The translations under genes were made by a program, and so were the position numbers. A DNA stretch of 64,000 bases from Octopus vulgaris (lineage: Eukaryota), in assembly GCA_951406725.2 (NCBI GenBank), contig OX597818.1, positions 80,352,001 to 80,416,000 on the forward strand. The letters run 5' to 3'. The notes under the pieces are model-generated. The model was not told the origin of the DNA. It did no database searches and worked only from the letters and a program-made list of their open reading frames with translations. How positions within the stretch are numbered: the stretch's first letter is position 1; the number at the start of each line of letters is the position of its first letter. Positions 12,674-25,609 of this stretch are shown here, one piece after another.

Positions 12674-13375
12674 GTACTTATTTTATCAATCCTGAAAGGA
12701 AAGGCAAAGTTGACTACGGCAGTGTTTAAATTCAGAAAGCCGGAAGAAATGCTGCTCAGCATTTTGCCCGGTTTCGCAAAAGATTCAGTCAGAATTCTAC
12801 CTTCAATAATAATGATAATGGTTTCAATTTTAGGCTCAGGGCCAACAATTTCGAGGGAGAGGTTAAGTCGATTACATCTACCCCAGTGCTCAACTGGTAC
12901 TTATTTAATTGTTCCTGGAAATAAAGGCAAAATCGATCTCGGCGGCATTTGAATTCAAAACATAAAGTCGGAAGAAATGCTATCCGGCACGCAAAAGATT
13001 TTGTCACATCACCGCCTTTAATAATAGTAATAATAATCGCTTCTACTATGGATACAAATATTTGGGGAAGGATATTCGATTACATCGACGCCAGTGCTTA
13101 ACTGATACTTAGTTCATCGACCCCGAAAGGAAAGGCAAAGTCGACCTCGGCGGAATTTGAAATCAGAACGTGAAGCGCCATAAGAAATGCCGTTAAGCAT
13201 TTAGCCAACGCGCTATCGACTCTGCAAGAGTCACAGCAAACAATTTGAAGGGAGGGGAGCATCGAGATCATCGACCCAGTACATAATGGCTACTTTATTT
13301 TATCGACCTCGAAAAGACGAAAGGCAAAGTTGACTTTGACTTCGACGAGATTTGAACTCAGAACGAAAAGAATCT
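12674..13375 (-). mobile_element. cluster of four to five decayed SINE family A copies
   Basis: Repeated GGTACTTATTT..GAAAGG..AGGCAAAGTCGAC..ATTTGAACTCAGAACG. Confidence 0.85.
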
Positions 13376-13439
13376 ACAGATGAGTAGGAGGATATAATGA
13401 TACGCATTTCATTAAACCACTCTTAAAACTTCGTTAAGA

Positions 13440-13896
13440 TTTGACTTTCCACCCTAGAGCGAGTCTGAAGCGGGTGAGAAAGAATCACTTTGCAGAAAAT
13501 AACAGCGGCGGTAGTGAAAAGCAACGAAGTCATCAAGTTGACAAGTAGCAGTAGATGTAATTGCTGAAGTAACAGTGACAACGGAAGTGCAACATAACCC
13601 ACTCAGCTGCCTCAAACCTCTTCAAATCACTACCTTCTACCGTATCCTAATTCTGCATGAAAGTCTTGTTAGTGATAAGATGGCGGCAGACAACCAACTA
13701 CCGCTCTCACTTTTTCTCTTACATACACACGTACGAACCAAAGAAGGGCGCAAAACGTATTTGGCCGATTTGCTAGAAATAACAGAAGTATCTCCCCCCA
13801 CGCCCCCAAGCTCCACCGCACAGTCCATACCGTGCCATTACAAAACGGAATGCCGCATTAAAAATAAGGTAGTCTGGACTTGTCTCTTGTGTGAGT
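13440..13896 (+). promoter_or_regulatory. candidate promoter / first-exon island
   Basis: Apparently unique, CpG-containing sequence; ETS motif ACGGAAGTG 13581-13589; YY1 consensus AAGATGGCGGC 13677-13687; possible donors at 13869 and 13891 (GTGAGT). Confidence 0.35.
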
Positions 13897-13904
13897 ACTC
13901 GTGT

Positions 13905-13957
<53 letters not shown>

Positions 13958-14070
13958 TATATGTACATATATATATATATAATAAGAGTAAATAATAGCT
14001 TTAACAGTTTTTAAAAAAAACAACAATTATTTACTGGTAGATTTCGGCACGTAAATATAAACATTATTGA

Positions 14071-14241
<171 letters not shown>

Positions 14242-14402
14242 TGTGAGTGATTGTGTATAGAAGAATATATTAATAAAAAGAATTCCAACCTTGTCTGATT
14301 TTCACGTTTTATTTACAATCTTATAATGATATATTATAAGATAATATATTATAATTGAATAAAATAAAATGAAATAGTAGAATGTTAAATGTTCATTCTG
14401 AT

Positions 14403-14447
14403 TGAACTAGTACTTTCATGCATTGAATTCTGCAATCTTCGGGTTCA
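14403..14447 (-). ncRNA. minimal type I hammerhead ribozyme-like motif, CCGAAGA core variant
   Basis: Minus strand TGAAC-CCGAAGA-T-TGCA gaattcaa TGCA-T-GAAA-GTAC-TA-GTTCA: stem I 5 bp, stem II 4 bp, palindromic stem III. Confidence 0.65.
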
Positions 14448-14506
14448 TGTAGTAGTGTTGACAGTCATGCTTCACAATTTTTGACTGTGTATATATATAT
14501 ATTTTT

Positions 14507-14585
<79 letters not shown>

Positions 14586-15304
14586 ATGTACATATATCTC
14601 TTATTATAAAAGGCAGATTTTATCTGCCTCCCTTTGGGAGTTATACAAATCTACAATATAGGATTTCTTCAATTACAATTTACCTAGCAGTTTTAAGAGT
14701 AGAATGCATCGCGTCATGCCAGGTCCAGTTTTTAAAATTTAAACTCCAATTAAGCAAAATTTACAGAAAACTCACATTCTGGTGTGTGTGTCAAATGCTT
14801 TTCTTAGTCTGGTTTACACCACACGCAAACGCACACACACAGTGGGCTACGAATAAAGTGAAACTAATTCAGTGTGTTGACAGGTAGACAATAGAATGCG
14901 ATGACGACTATGACGCTGATAGATACATGAGTAAAATGTATGGGAAGCTAACACATAAGAGTGAGTGAAAATGTTCTTGGAAGAGAGTAAATAGCCAGGG
15001 AGTAATAAAGTAAACATACACTCATACATACATACATACATACATACATACATACATACATACATACATACATACACACACACATACATACATACACACA
15101 CACATACATACATACACACATACATACATACATACATATATATACATACATACATATACATACATACATACACACACACACATACACACACACACAGTAT
15201 TGAAGCTTGAGAACAATCAGATACATCTGCAACACATCTGTTGAAAATATTATTGTTCACACACATACATATACATATATACATACAGAGAGACAGACAG
15301 ATAG

Positions 15305-15335
<31 letters not shown>

Positions 15336-15457
15336 ATCCAGCATGGCCACAACCTCAAGGCTGAAACGTATAAAACAATAACAGAATATAAATGTGTGCA
15401 TGTGTGTGAGAGAGAGAGTGTGTGTGTATGTATGTATGTATGTATGTATATATATAT

Positions 15458-16050
15458 AATAATGCGGTTTTTTCAACAGCTTGAACTAAATGTCAGAGGG
15501 GAATGGGATAAACTACTTATATTAACTTGCTATAAAAGCAGGTAGTAATTTTATCTTGTCTTTATTCATAGTGCAAGTTTTGAAGAGTGCATTTCGATTT
15601 TAACAGCTATTTTTTTCAAAGCTATATTGGAAGTAACAAAGGAGCATATTTGGCATATTTTGCTTTATGAGTTCAATAAAGACAACAACGCAACGGAAAG
15701 TACAAGAAATATTAATGCAGTATATGGGGATTGGACAATAAGCGTAAGGCAGTGTCAATGGTGGTTCCAGAAATTCCGAGCCATAAACTACAGCCTAGAA
15801 GACGAGCCTCATCCTGAAAGATCTGTAGAACTCGACAAGGACATCCTGAAAACCCTGGTGGAACAAAATCTCATCGTAACTGTTGAGGAACTAGCAGAGA
15901 AGCTTGGATTTGGTCATTCAACCATTCATTGAGACCTGTGTGCTATCGGAAAAGTCAGCAAATTGGGTCAATGGGTTCCTCACGAACTTTCCGAGTCTAA
16001 TTGCATGCAGAGAGTGAATGTATGCTTTTCTTTGCTGTCACATCTCACCA
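15458..16050 (+). pseudogene. mariner transposase 5' fragment carried inside the Helitron
   Basis: HILLYEF..WFQKFR..SLEDEP HTH region, in-frame stop, then GQWVPHEL motif; catalytic domain absent. Confidence 0.9.
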
Positions 16051-16067
16051 CTACTGCGCTATGTATA

Positions 16068-16702
16068 TCTATATATATAAAACTGTAGTTGTGTGAGTGT
16101 CTGTCCCCTTCGATTTAGATTCCTAACTACTCCCACATTTTGCGGTGCAGTTTAACCAAATTCGGGTAGCTTATAGTCGTGATTCATATCGAGCCCGTCT
16201 GACTATTAGCGCGCGTCTACGATGAGTCTACAATTTTAAAAATAATTTAACATAACTTTTTATTCCATTTTAATGCATAATTTTTCGTGTGTCGATGGCG
16301 GCGGAGTTGGCGTCCACGCTCACACCTGCACCTGTGGGGAAGGGAGTGTAAGGAAATCAACGTCGTAATGCGTTGTCAAGGAGACCAGCGTTCTTTTAGA
16401 ACAACGACTTCATGGCTTGAAGACACCAAAACAGAAATGGCTAAGAAAGCGTCTACATGAGTCTACGATTTAAAAAAAATTTACCATCGTTTTTTTTCCA
16501 TTTTAATGCATTTTTTCGCTATTATATAAGGAAAGTAACTCTCTAAAAATGTCTACGATGAGTCAACGATTTAAAAAAAAATTACCATCATATTTTTTCC
16601 ATTTTTAATGCATTTTTTGCTATTTTTTGGCTATAACTCTCTAAAAATGCTTATATAGTTATTTCCCTTACAAACCCGAGCAACGCCGGGCGATACTGCT
16701 AG
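16068..16702 (+). mobile_element. inner short Helitron
   Basis: A|TCTATATATATAAAACTGTAGTTGTGTG 5' end; internal ~120-bp repeats (TCTACGATGAGTC.ACGATTT); shares the hairpin-CTAG end. Confidence 0.85.
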
Positions 16703-16797
16703 TATATAATATAATAAGAGTAAATAATAGCTTTAATGGTTTTTAAAAAAACCAACAATTATCTACTGGTAGATTTCGGCACGTAAATATAAACATT

Positions 16798-16885
<88 letters not shown>

Positions 16886-16987
16886 TGTATGTATGTATGT
16901 ATGTATGTATGTATGTTCTCTTTCCTTTTCCGGTCACTGGACTGCAGGATGCTGAAATATCGTCTTCATTATTTGAGCCAATTATAA

Positions 16988-17433
16988 GGTGACGAGCTGG
17001 CAGAATCGTTATCACGCCGGACGAAATGATTAGCGGCATTTCGTCTGACATCACGTTCTGAGTTCAACTGCCGTCGGGGTCAACTTTGACTTTCCTCCTC
17101 TTGGGGGTCGATAAATTAAATACCAGTTACGCATTGGGGTTGATGTAATCGACTGGTCTCTTCCCTCAAAATGTCAGCCCTTGTGCCTATAGTAGAACGG
17201 ATTATTTTAGCCAATCATATTGATTTCAAATTTTGGTACAAGGCCAGGACGTACGAGGGAGGAGCTAAGTCGATTACATTGATCTCAGTATCCAGCTGGT
17301 ACTTATTTTATCGACTCCAAAAGGATGACGGGCAAGGTGGTCTCAGCGGAATTTGAACTCAGGACGTAAAGACGGACGAGATGTCACTAAACATTTAGCC
17401 AGGCCTACTAACAATTCTGTCAACTCATCACCT
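16988..17433. mobile_element. tail-to-tail pair of SINE family A
   Basis: + copy 16988-17203, - copy 17219-17433. Confidence 0.85.
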
Positions 17434-17986
17434 TATTTTAGCCGATAATATTAAAACCAATTCTTATTTTAGTTTGGCACCAATATATGATCAATATGGT
17501 AGCTACAAGTATTTGAGGGTAGGTATTTTGGGGATTGCGGTACCTCTATGGAGAGTAATGTAATCCCTAAGTCACAGTTAGAGTTTGACCTGACGTTCTA
17601 CATGAGTAATGAGGTATCATTTATTGTGCACACTACTAAACTGATAACAGTGTGTAGGCAAATGGTTTTTGGATTCTGATTTCATTCAGAACCAAAAAAA
17701 AAAAAGAAAACGATGTTGGTTCTAGAAGAACATTTGTTCATAGTGGCCTGGACTGCTGCATCAAATTATGCTTGTCGAGTAGAATCAAATTAACACTGGA
17801 GTTTGAGGTAATCCGATGCTGTTACGTTAAGATGATTACTTCAGTGTAACAGATGAGCCACTGGGAGAGGCTCTAATCTCTCGAGCGAAAACATGAAAGA
17901 TATTTCGTTTTGCAATCATAATATACTGCCAATTATATTAAAGGTTTATCAGTCAATACTGTATCCTATCTTTCTTTGCGTGCGCA

Positions 17987-18072
<86 letters not shown>

Positions 18073-18111
18073 TGTGTGCGTGCGCGCGTGTGTATATACA
18101 CACACACACAC

Positions 18112-18350
18112 AAATGGAAGATCGCATAGGTTTTTGCATATAACTTTAGTACTGAAAATTATTCGAACCCATGAACAGAACACCACTGTACAGTGTCAAA
18201 CATTCCATCCTCTCCATCTATAGTCAGGACCTAACATTGAAACAGCGTAGGTCTCAAAGGCCAACAGCTATTCAATACCTTGGTTAAAAACCTGAGAACT
18301 ACGAGGCACAGATGTAGCTGTGTTCAAAGAACGGTTACACAAATTTCATA
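18112..18350 (+). mobile_element. CR1-group LINE ORF2 C-terminal remnant
   Basis: Reads NSVGLKGQQLFNTLVKNLR..GTDVAVFKERLHKF, typical of CR1/L2 C-termini. Confidence 0.6.
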
Positions 18351-18513
18351 ATATGTGTTTGTTTACGTCCCTGCAACTTATTGGTTTAGTAAAAGAGACC
18401 GATAGAATAATGAAGAGGCCCTACAAAATAATCACTGGTGTATATTTGTTTGACTAAACCCGTCAAAGCGCTATGCCAGCATGGCTACAATTCAATGACT
18501 TAAACAGGATATA

Positions 18514-18735
18514 TGAAGGGGTGCTGAAAAGTTCCTGGCTTTGGGTAAAAGAAAATATAGAAGGATCAGTTAATTGTGAGTTTATCCAACATATCCCCCT
18601 TCTCAGATTGACTGACACACTTATTACAGCGGTCCTTCAGTTTTTCTAAGCCCTGTAAAAGTACTCAGAAGTTTAGGCTTCCAGTTAGGCCTTTCGCGAC
18701 AACCTTAAATCCAGGAACGTTTCACTACCCCCTCG
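18514..18735. mobile_element. mariner-derived MITE
   Basis: Imperfect TIRs TGAAGGGGTGCTGAAAAGTTCCTGG / CCAGGAACGTTTCACTACCCCCTCG; TA flanks. Confidence 0.8.
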
Positions 18736-18936
18736 TATAAGACATACACAGCAATAACACCACTATCCCCTAAACCCTACCATCACCAGCAACCGCTGAT
18801 AGTACTACCCCCTCCACTGACATTTCCATCTCAACACCAATACAATCGCCTTCACCTCCATCATCCTCATTTCCATTTGCCACTTCATCGCCGTCATCAT
18901 CATCATCATCATCAACTATAACATAACTGTCTATAC

Positions 18937-19155
18937 CAGTGCTTTTCAACCTTTTTGCTGGAGTGGAACCCCAAGAAAACATTTCACTAGCTCAAGGAAC
19001 CCCTGCGCAATAATTTAATTGTCTTATGCACACATATCTGCACAGGAGAATTAAAAATTACTGTCGATTTTTGCATTTTTGTAACTTCTTGTGGAACCCG
19101 TGGACTGTACTGGCGGAACCCTAAGGTTCCGCGGAACCCTGGTTGAAAACCACTG
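18937..19155. mobile_element. hAT MITE with perfect 8-bp TSD
   Basis: TIRs CAGTGCTTTTCAACC / GGTTGAAAACCACTG; TSD GTCTATAC at 18929-18936 and 19156-19163; GGAACCC subterminal repeats. Confidence 0.95.
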
Positions 19156-19286
19156 GTCTATACCAATTGACTGCTGTCACGCCTTCACTAAACAGTGGCA
19201 AAACCCCCGGTGAACGTGACACAATTAGTATCTACATCGATTGTATGTTTGATCTCGCTCGTTCTCTCTCTTTCTCTCTCTCTCTT

Positions 19287-19344
<58 letters not shown>

Positions 19345-19571
19345 TACATGGAAAAAGAATCGTCTATGTAGATGTTCAACCTGTTAGAAATAGCAGTCAA
19401 ATATCGTCCAAATCAGAGTCTAATATAGCAAAAACAGACGGACGTATTGGCGAGTGTAGTCGACAATACACTGTTGCTGAGAACAAATAAGAGGTGGTGG
19501 TGACGGCTGGAACGCCTTCCATCAGAGGTTTCCTCCATCTACCTGTACTGAGGCTTAAACAACAGCAAAAG

Positions 19572-19608
<37 letters not shown>

Positions 19609-19821
19609 CACAGGCACACAGTCACATAGTCACACAAAATCAAACGGACATAGCCACATAAATATAGTCTCTCTCTCTCTCTCTCACTCTCTCACACGCA
19701 CAAACACACACGCAGTCAATCACATGTAGATACACAGGCATATTACATTGACACACACTCAGAATCAGATACACACTGTCATACAAACAAACAAGCATGA
19801 CACAAACTCAAATACAATATT

Positions 19822-19896
<75 letters not shown>

Positions 19897-20299
19897 CATT
19901 TACATGAAAGAGAATGTCATTGATATTTACTCCAACCACTGAGAAACAGACACTTTCTTCCCCTCCAGTCTTTCACTTCCGCTCTTTCTACCTTTCTCCC
20001 CTCTCTGTTCTCCCTTCTTTCTTGAAACCCACCCAGGAAAAATCTAAACAAACATAGAAAAGCGAAACTAAAGTTTGTAAGAAATTTAATTTGGCGCTTG
20101 TCTCACTCTGCCTCTCTCTTACTACAACTTATCTTTAAAATAAATTAAATATTATTTTCAAATCAGCATAAAAAAGATAAATACAAAAAAATCAATATAT
20201 TTTCGATCTATTCTTAATAACTTGTGATATGTTCAAAAAATGCTTAGAATTAAACTGAAACTAGTAATTTTAATCATTCTGGTTCTAGCAATTCTTTAC

Positions 20300-20700
20300 G
20301 GCCGTACAATGGTATTAGTATAGAGACATTTCTGTGACTGACCAGTCTTAGAAAAATGTATCTACAGGTATAAGACAGATGAGAATTTTATACACCGGAA
20401 GATATACCGGCATGTTAAAACCAGACAGGAATTGTCTACAAGTGGTATGGGTGAATAATCAACAATCGTTTTCATATGGACGACTATAAGGTATAAACTG
20501 CAAATAATAAATAACTAGAAACACTGCTGCAGACAGTTTATGGGTTTAGAGGAATTGATATGACATTCAAATTAGAAAAATGCGCCAAGGATTGAAGTGG
20601 GAGAAGGACCCCATCTCTCAGACTACAGCGGAATGGGGTTCAGTTCTTTGCACAATAGACAAAGAACTGAAGAGTTAAAATGTATGCAATAAATTCAGTA
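20300..20700 (+). mobile_element. R4/Dong-type reverse transcriptase remnant
   Basis: HMDDYKV..LETLLQTVYGF..IDMTFKLEKCAK resembles YMDDLKL..DIGMxFGLxKCA. Confidence 0.6.
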
Positions 20701-21718
20701 CGGATTGGTGAGAAGATTACATGAAACCCGATTACTTATTTTATTGGTCCCGAAAGGATGAAAAGCAAAGTGACTTCGGTGACATTTGAATTCAGAACGT
20801 AAAGACGGACGAACTGCCGCTTAGCATTTGGCCAGGGGTGCTAACAGTTTTACCTGGTCATCACCTTACAGAGAAGTAAAACAAAAATAGAAAGATGGAG
20901 AGATTCTTCCACTGCCAAGAAGTAAATTTCATAACCTTTATGTATCTCAGTCACAAAGGCCAATAATCTGGAGTAAACAGTTAAGAAACGTCGGTCTATT
21001 CAAATAGCGGCCATGTTGGTTGATTATCAATATGGCCGAATTCTAAACAGAACTGTTGCTGAAATATATTGAGTCTATATTATGGATTGACATTTCTTGA
21101 CTGTTTACTTCTGGTGATGTGCCTGAAATATATAAAGGTTATTAAATATATTCCTTTTCCGCATTGTAAGATGCTCTCCTTCTTCATCTTCCTTTTGTTA
21201 TTTTGTTTGTTTTTGTTTTTATCAGAATGTTTAAAGCAAGCTATAACGCCCTTCTTTCAATGGTAGATAGTATATCACCACCACCAACAACGACACAAAC
21301 AACAACACCAACAACAGCAACAACCAGCATCAATAATCACCAGTAGGTAAATAGAGTGTCATTTGCTGTCAAAATCGAATGCTGAATGTGTAGGAATGTG
21401 AGTGTGTGCGCGTGCGAGCGTGTGTGTGTGCATTTGCGTACATGCGTACGTGCGTGAATGCATGTGTGTGTGTGTGTGTTCGCACGTGTGCATGTGTATA
21501 CCTGTGTATGTGCATGTATGCGTGCGTGTATGTGTGTGTATGTGTGTGTGTGTGCATGTGTATGCATGTGTGTGTGTGTGTGTGTGTTTGTGTCTGTGTG
21601 TGCGCATGTGTGAAATAGGTGGGTGTTACGGTAATGATGATGGGAACCTGCTACCGATATCACTACCGGATATCGAACTCTTGGAAGTAACAGAACGGCA
21701 CGTGTAAGTGTGTGAGTG

Positions 21719-21755
<37 letters not shown>

Positions 21756-22047
21756 AATGTTATAGTAGCTGTAGAGGTAGTGGTGGTTATGGAGGACGGT
21801 TTAATGAAGATAGTAAAAGTAGCACTTTTCTTGGTTGCGGTGTTGGTGGTGTTGGTGGTCGTAGTGGCGTTAATGTAGTCTGTTGAAGTGATGATGTGTG
21901 TGATAGCGTTGGTGGTAGTGATGCTGTTGCTGCTGTTGGCGGCGGTGGTAGAAGTGCTAGTGGTGGTGTTGGTGGTAGTGATAGTAAAGAGGTGATTGTA
22001 AGAGATAAATAACCGTGTAGTTTTGTGATGTGGATGGAGAAAGATTA

Positions 22048-22079
<32 letters not shown>

Positions 22080-22393
22080 AGGGTGAGGGAGAGGGAGAGG
22101 GTGAGGGAGAGAGGGGTGAGGGAGAGAGGGGTGAGGGAGGGAGGGAGAGTGGGAGAGAGAAAAAACAGACAGAGACATGGACAGACGGAAGACAGACAGA
22201 CAGAAGCACGAAGCGAGAGTGAACGAGAAAGAGAGAGAGAGGAAGAGAAAGAGAGAAGAGGGAAGGGTGGACAGGCAGACAGGCAGACAGGCAGAAAGAC
22301 AGACAGTGAGACAGTTAGAGAGACGGAAATGAAAAACCGAATGATGAAAGGAAATAAAGAATGAATTGTAAGAAAGGCAGGTACAAATGACGA

Positions 22394-22447
<54 letters not shown>

Positions 22448-22528
22448 GGCGAGAAAGAAAGAAGAAAAACAAGGAAGAAAGAAAAGAAAAGAGAAAAGCA
22501 TTAAGAGAAGCATAATTAAACAAATACA

Positions 22529-22559
<31 letters not shown>

Positions 22560-22872
22560 GAAGAAAAACGACAGAAGATAAACAAAGCAAGGAATGGAAA
22601 AGAGAAGAGACAAAGAACAAGTCAGAAAGATTGAAAGATAAGAAGTTGAAAGAACGATAGAAAGTCATGAACAAAAGGAGGAGGAGGAGGAGGAGGAGGA
22701 AATTGAGTGTAAAGAAGAAATTAGGAGACAAGCAACGAAATAAAATTAATAAGTAAACATTTCTTTCATGAAGCACAAAAGTTCGAGATTCTGAATAAAA
22801 GAGTGTATTACGATGTTGATGCAATTGCTTGAATGTGTGTATGTGGAGAGTGGGGGTTAGGAGGAGAGAAGG

Positions 22873-22926
<54 letters not shown>

Positions 22927-23483
22927 GAGTGTATGAGAGCAGTGCATGCCATCAAAATGACACTGGGGTAAAATATACGAAGCCCAGTATACCCATCATG
23001 ACTACCCGTCTGATAAGGCTACACCAGGCACATGTATCACAACCAAATGTGCGCGACATGGTGATCTCATATCAAGATAAACAGCGCATGACCTTGCAGG
23101 TGGGGCCCAGTCAGAATTTTATTCTGGTCGAGTAGCCCATCCTACTCAAAAGGTCCCGGAATAAGGATTGTTTAAGGATGTTGAACGAACCATCCATGTT
23201 TCCAAAGGTGAATTATCCTAACCTCTAAGAATTCCTTTCAACACACAGCTATGATGCTCCCCTACTACTTCTGCTTGTGATCAGAGATGCACATATCGTC
23301 AGCCACTAAGGGACATGGTCAACTGGTTAAGGTCAAACAACTGATAAGCAAATCTGTGGTAATGAGCAGAATATTTGCTGTAGCCCATCTTTTATACCAA
23401 GACAAAACAATGTACATGATAGCACTTCCAATCAGTTAAGATCAGGAGCCATGCGAGCTACTGCCTGGTACTTCATCAAGGCA
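22927..23483 (-). mobile_element. non-coding element bounded by (TAA)n, copy 1
   Basis: Bounded on both sides by (TTA)n; diverged tandem copy follows; strand inferred. Confidence 0.8.
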
Positions 23484-23507
23484 TTATTATTTATTATTAT
23501 TATTATT

Positions 23508-24062
23508 GAGTGAGCGAGCAGAGCATGCCATCAAAGTGACACTGGGGTAAAATATACGAAGCCCAGTATACCCATCATGACTACCCGTCTGATAAGGGTA
23601 CACCAGGCACATGCATCACAACCATATGTGCGCGACATGGTGATCTCATATCAAGATAAACAGCACATGACCTTGCAGGTGGAGCCCAGTTAGAATTTTC
23701 TTCAGATCGAGTAACCCATCCCGCTCAAAAGGTCCCTGAATAAGGGTTGTTTAAGGACGTTGAACGAAACACCCATGTTTCCAGAGGTGAATTATTCAAA
23801 CCCCAAAGAATCCTTCTCAACACATGGTTATGATGCTCCCCCACTACTTCTGCTCGTGATCAGAGACGCACATATCGTCAGCCACTAAGGGACATGGTCA
23901 ACTGGTTAAGGTCTAACAACTGATAAGCAAATCTGTGGTAATGAGCAGAATATTTGTTGTAGCCCATCTTTTATACCAAGACAAAACAATGTACATGATA
24001 ACACTTCCAATCAGTTAAGATCAGGAGCCATGAGAGCCCCTGCCTGGTACTGCATCAAGGCA
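23508..24062 (-). mobile_element. non-coding element bounded by (TAA)n, copy 2
   Basis: Colinear with copy 1 end to end. Confidence 0.8.
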
Positions 24063-24072
24063 TTATTATTAC

Positions 24073-24153
<81 letters not shown>

Positions 24154-24289
24154 TGGTGTTGTTGGTGGTGTTGTTGTTGGCTATAAGTGAAAAGTAATGG
24201 TTCCAACCGGAAACGAAGACCAAGTACTGTTTTGGCATACCGGAAACGTATCCATTTCTTTCATGGTGGTCATGTAAAGGAGAAATGTG

Positions 24290-24570
24290 AGGATGAGGCT
24301 TTCAAGCTATTCTCGATTAGCTTACCTTTTGTAAAGAACCGTTTCATCATCTTTGCCGTTGTTGTGGCTTTCAAGCTTTCCCCTACTAGCTTACCGTATG
24401 CAAACAATTGATTTGTCGTTGTTGTTGATGATGTGACTTTCCATCTTTTCCCAATTGATCTACCGCTTGCGAAAAATTATTCCATCGTCGTTCTCATTGC
24501 ATTTTCAAGCTATTCCCGGTTAGCTTGTCGCTTGCGATTTATTGATTGCTTTATCGTAGTTGTTGTTGAA
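24290..24570. repeat. degenerate ~69-bp minisatellite, 4 units
   Basis: TTTC(A/C)A.CT anchors at 24300, 24369, 24438, 24503. Confidence 0.7.
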
Positions 24571-25609
24571 TGAGTACATTTTTTCAGTATGCCTCAGACT
24601 TGAGAAAGAAAACGAAAATTTGGACGATCCATGTATTTCTCGAAGACTAATATGACAAGAACGAAGTGGTAAAAGCCGTAACCATAACCAGAAAATCGAA
24701 GAGCGGATTGGGATCGCAAAGAACTCAGCTTTTTATTTCTATGGCAAACAGCACTAAATTAATTAATATAGCTAGCTTGATGGATAGAAAAATAGATGAA
24801 AAGAAAAATAGATAGATGGATTGGAAGGTAGATATATAGCTTGATAGTACGATCGATAGTCTGAGAAGCCGTCAGCGCGATAAATATTTAAACAGACAGG
24901 CAGTAAGATCTGTGTACACACACACTGATATGAAGAGAGAGGAAGAGAGAGGGTAGAAAGAGAAGAAATTTATGCATACATAGGAAAAATACTGAAGTTT
25001 GAGAAAATAATATTGCGTATGTGTACATATATATATATATACACACATGCAAACACACACTCATTACACGTATACTCACACTTATACATACATATACACG
25101 TATGCAAACACATACATATATTCACATATGCCACTCACACGCATATGACAGAGACAGATTCATTGATTGATAAATATAAATATAAATAGACAGACAAACA
25201 GACAGACAGACAGATAAATAAATTGAAAAGATAAAGAAAACCAAGAAAATCCGAAAATTGTTATTATAACTCTTTATATTCCATATTCTATTTTGATTCC
25301 TTTTCTAAAGCCAACTAACCAGCCAACCAACCAACCAACCAACCAACCAGCCAACCAAACAACCAACCAACCAACCAACGAACCAGCCAACAATCCAACC
25401 AATCACTAAAACTGTTTGACTCTCCTCAGCCCTCCTTACTTTACTTAAACATTGAAGCCGCCTCTTGTTCAGCACGATTTCGTTTCCTGTGATCGTCCTT
25501 CACTCATTAACGAGTAAATCAACGTTATATAGAAAAATGGAGGCCATGTTGATTTTCTTTTCAGCAATTCAGTCACGTCTTATCAATTGGTATGTCTTCA
25601 CCAGCATTC

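Larger units (their letters stand above)
14597..16702 (+). mobile_element. composite non-autonomous Helitron, copy 1
   Basis: A|TCTCTTATTATAAAAG start; CCCGAGCAACGCCGGG hairpin then CTAG|T end; second copy 38097-40089 has the same termini but different flanks. Confidence 0.85.

Noticed and set aside
17845-17915. CAGATGA-stem-GAAA motif
   Set aside because: Core substitution and out-of-register stems I and III
21626-22613. 319-aa and 218-aa ORFs, the longest in the track
   Set aside because: Composed of TA, GA, GGT and CA repeats; no domain-like sequence
24290-24570. CRISPR array
   Set aside because: Eukaryotic context, repeats not identical, spacers related to each other, no cas genes
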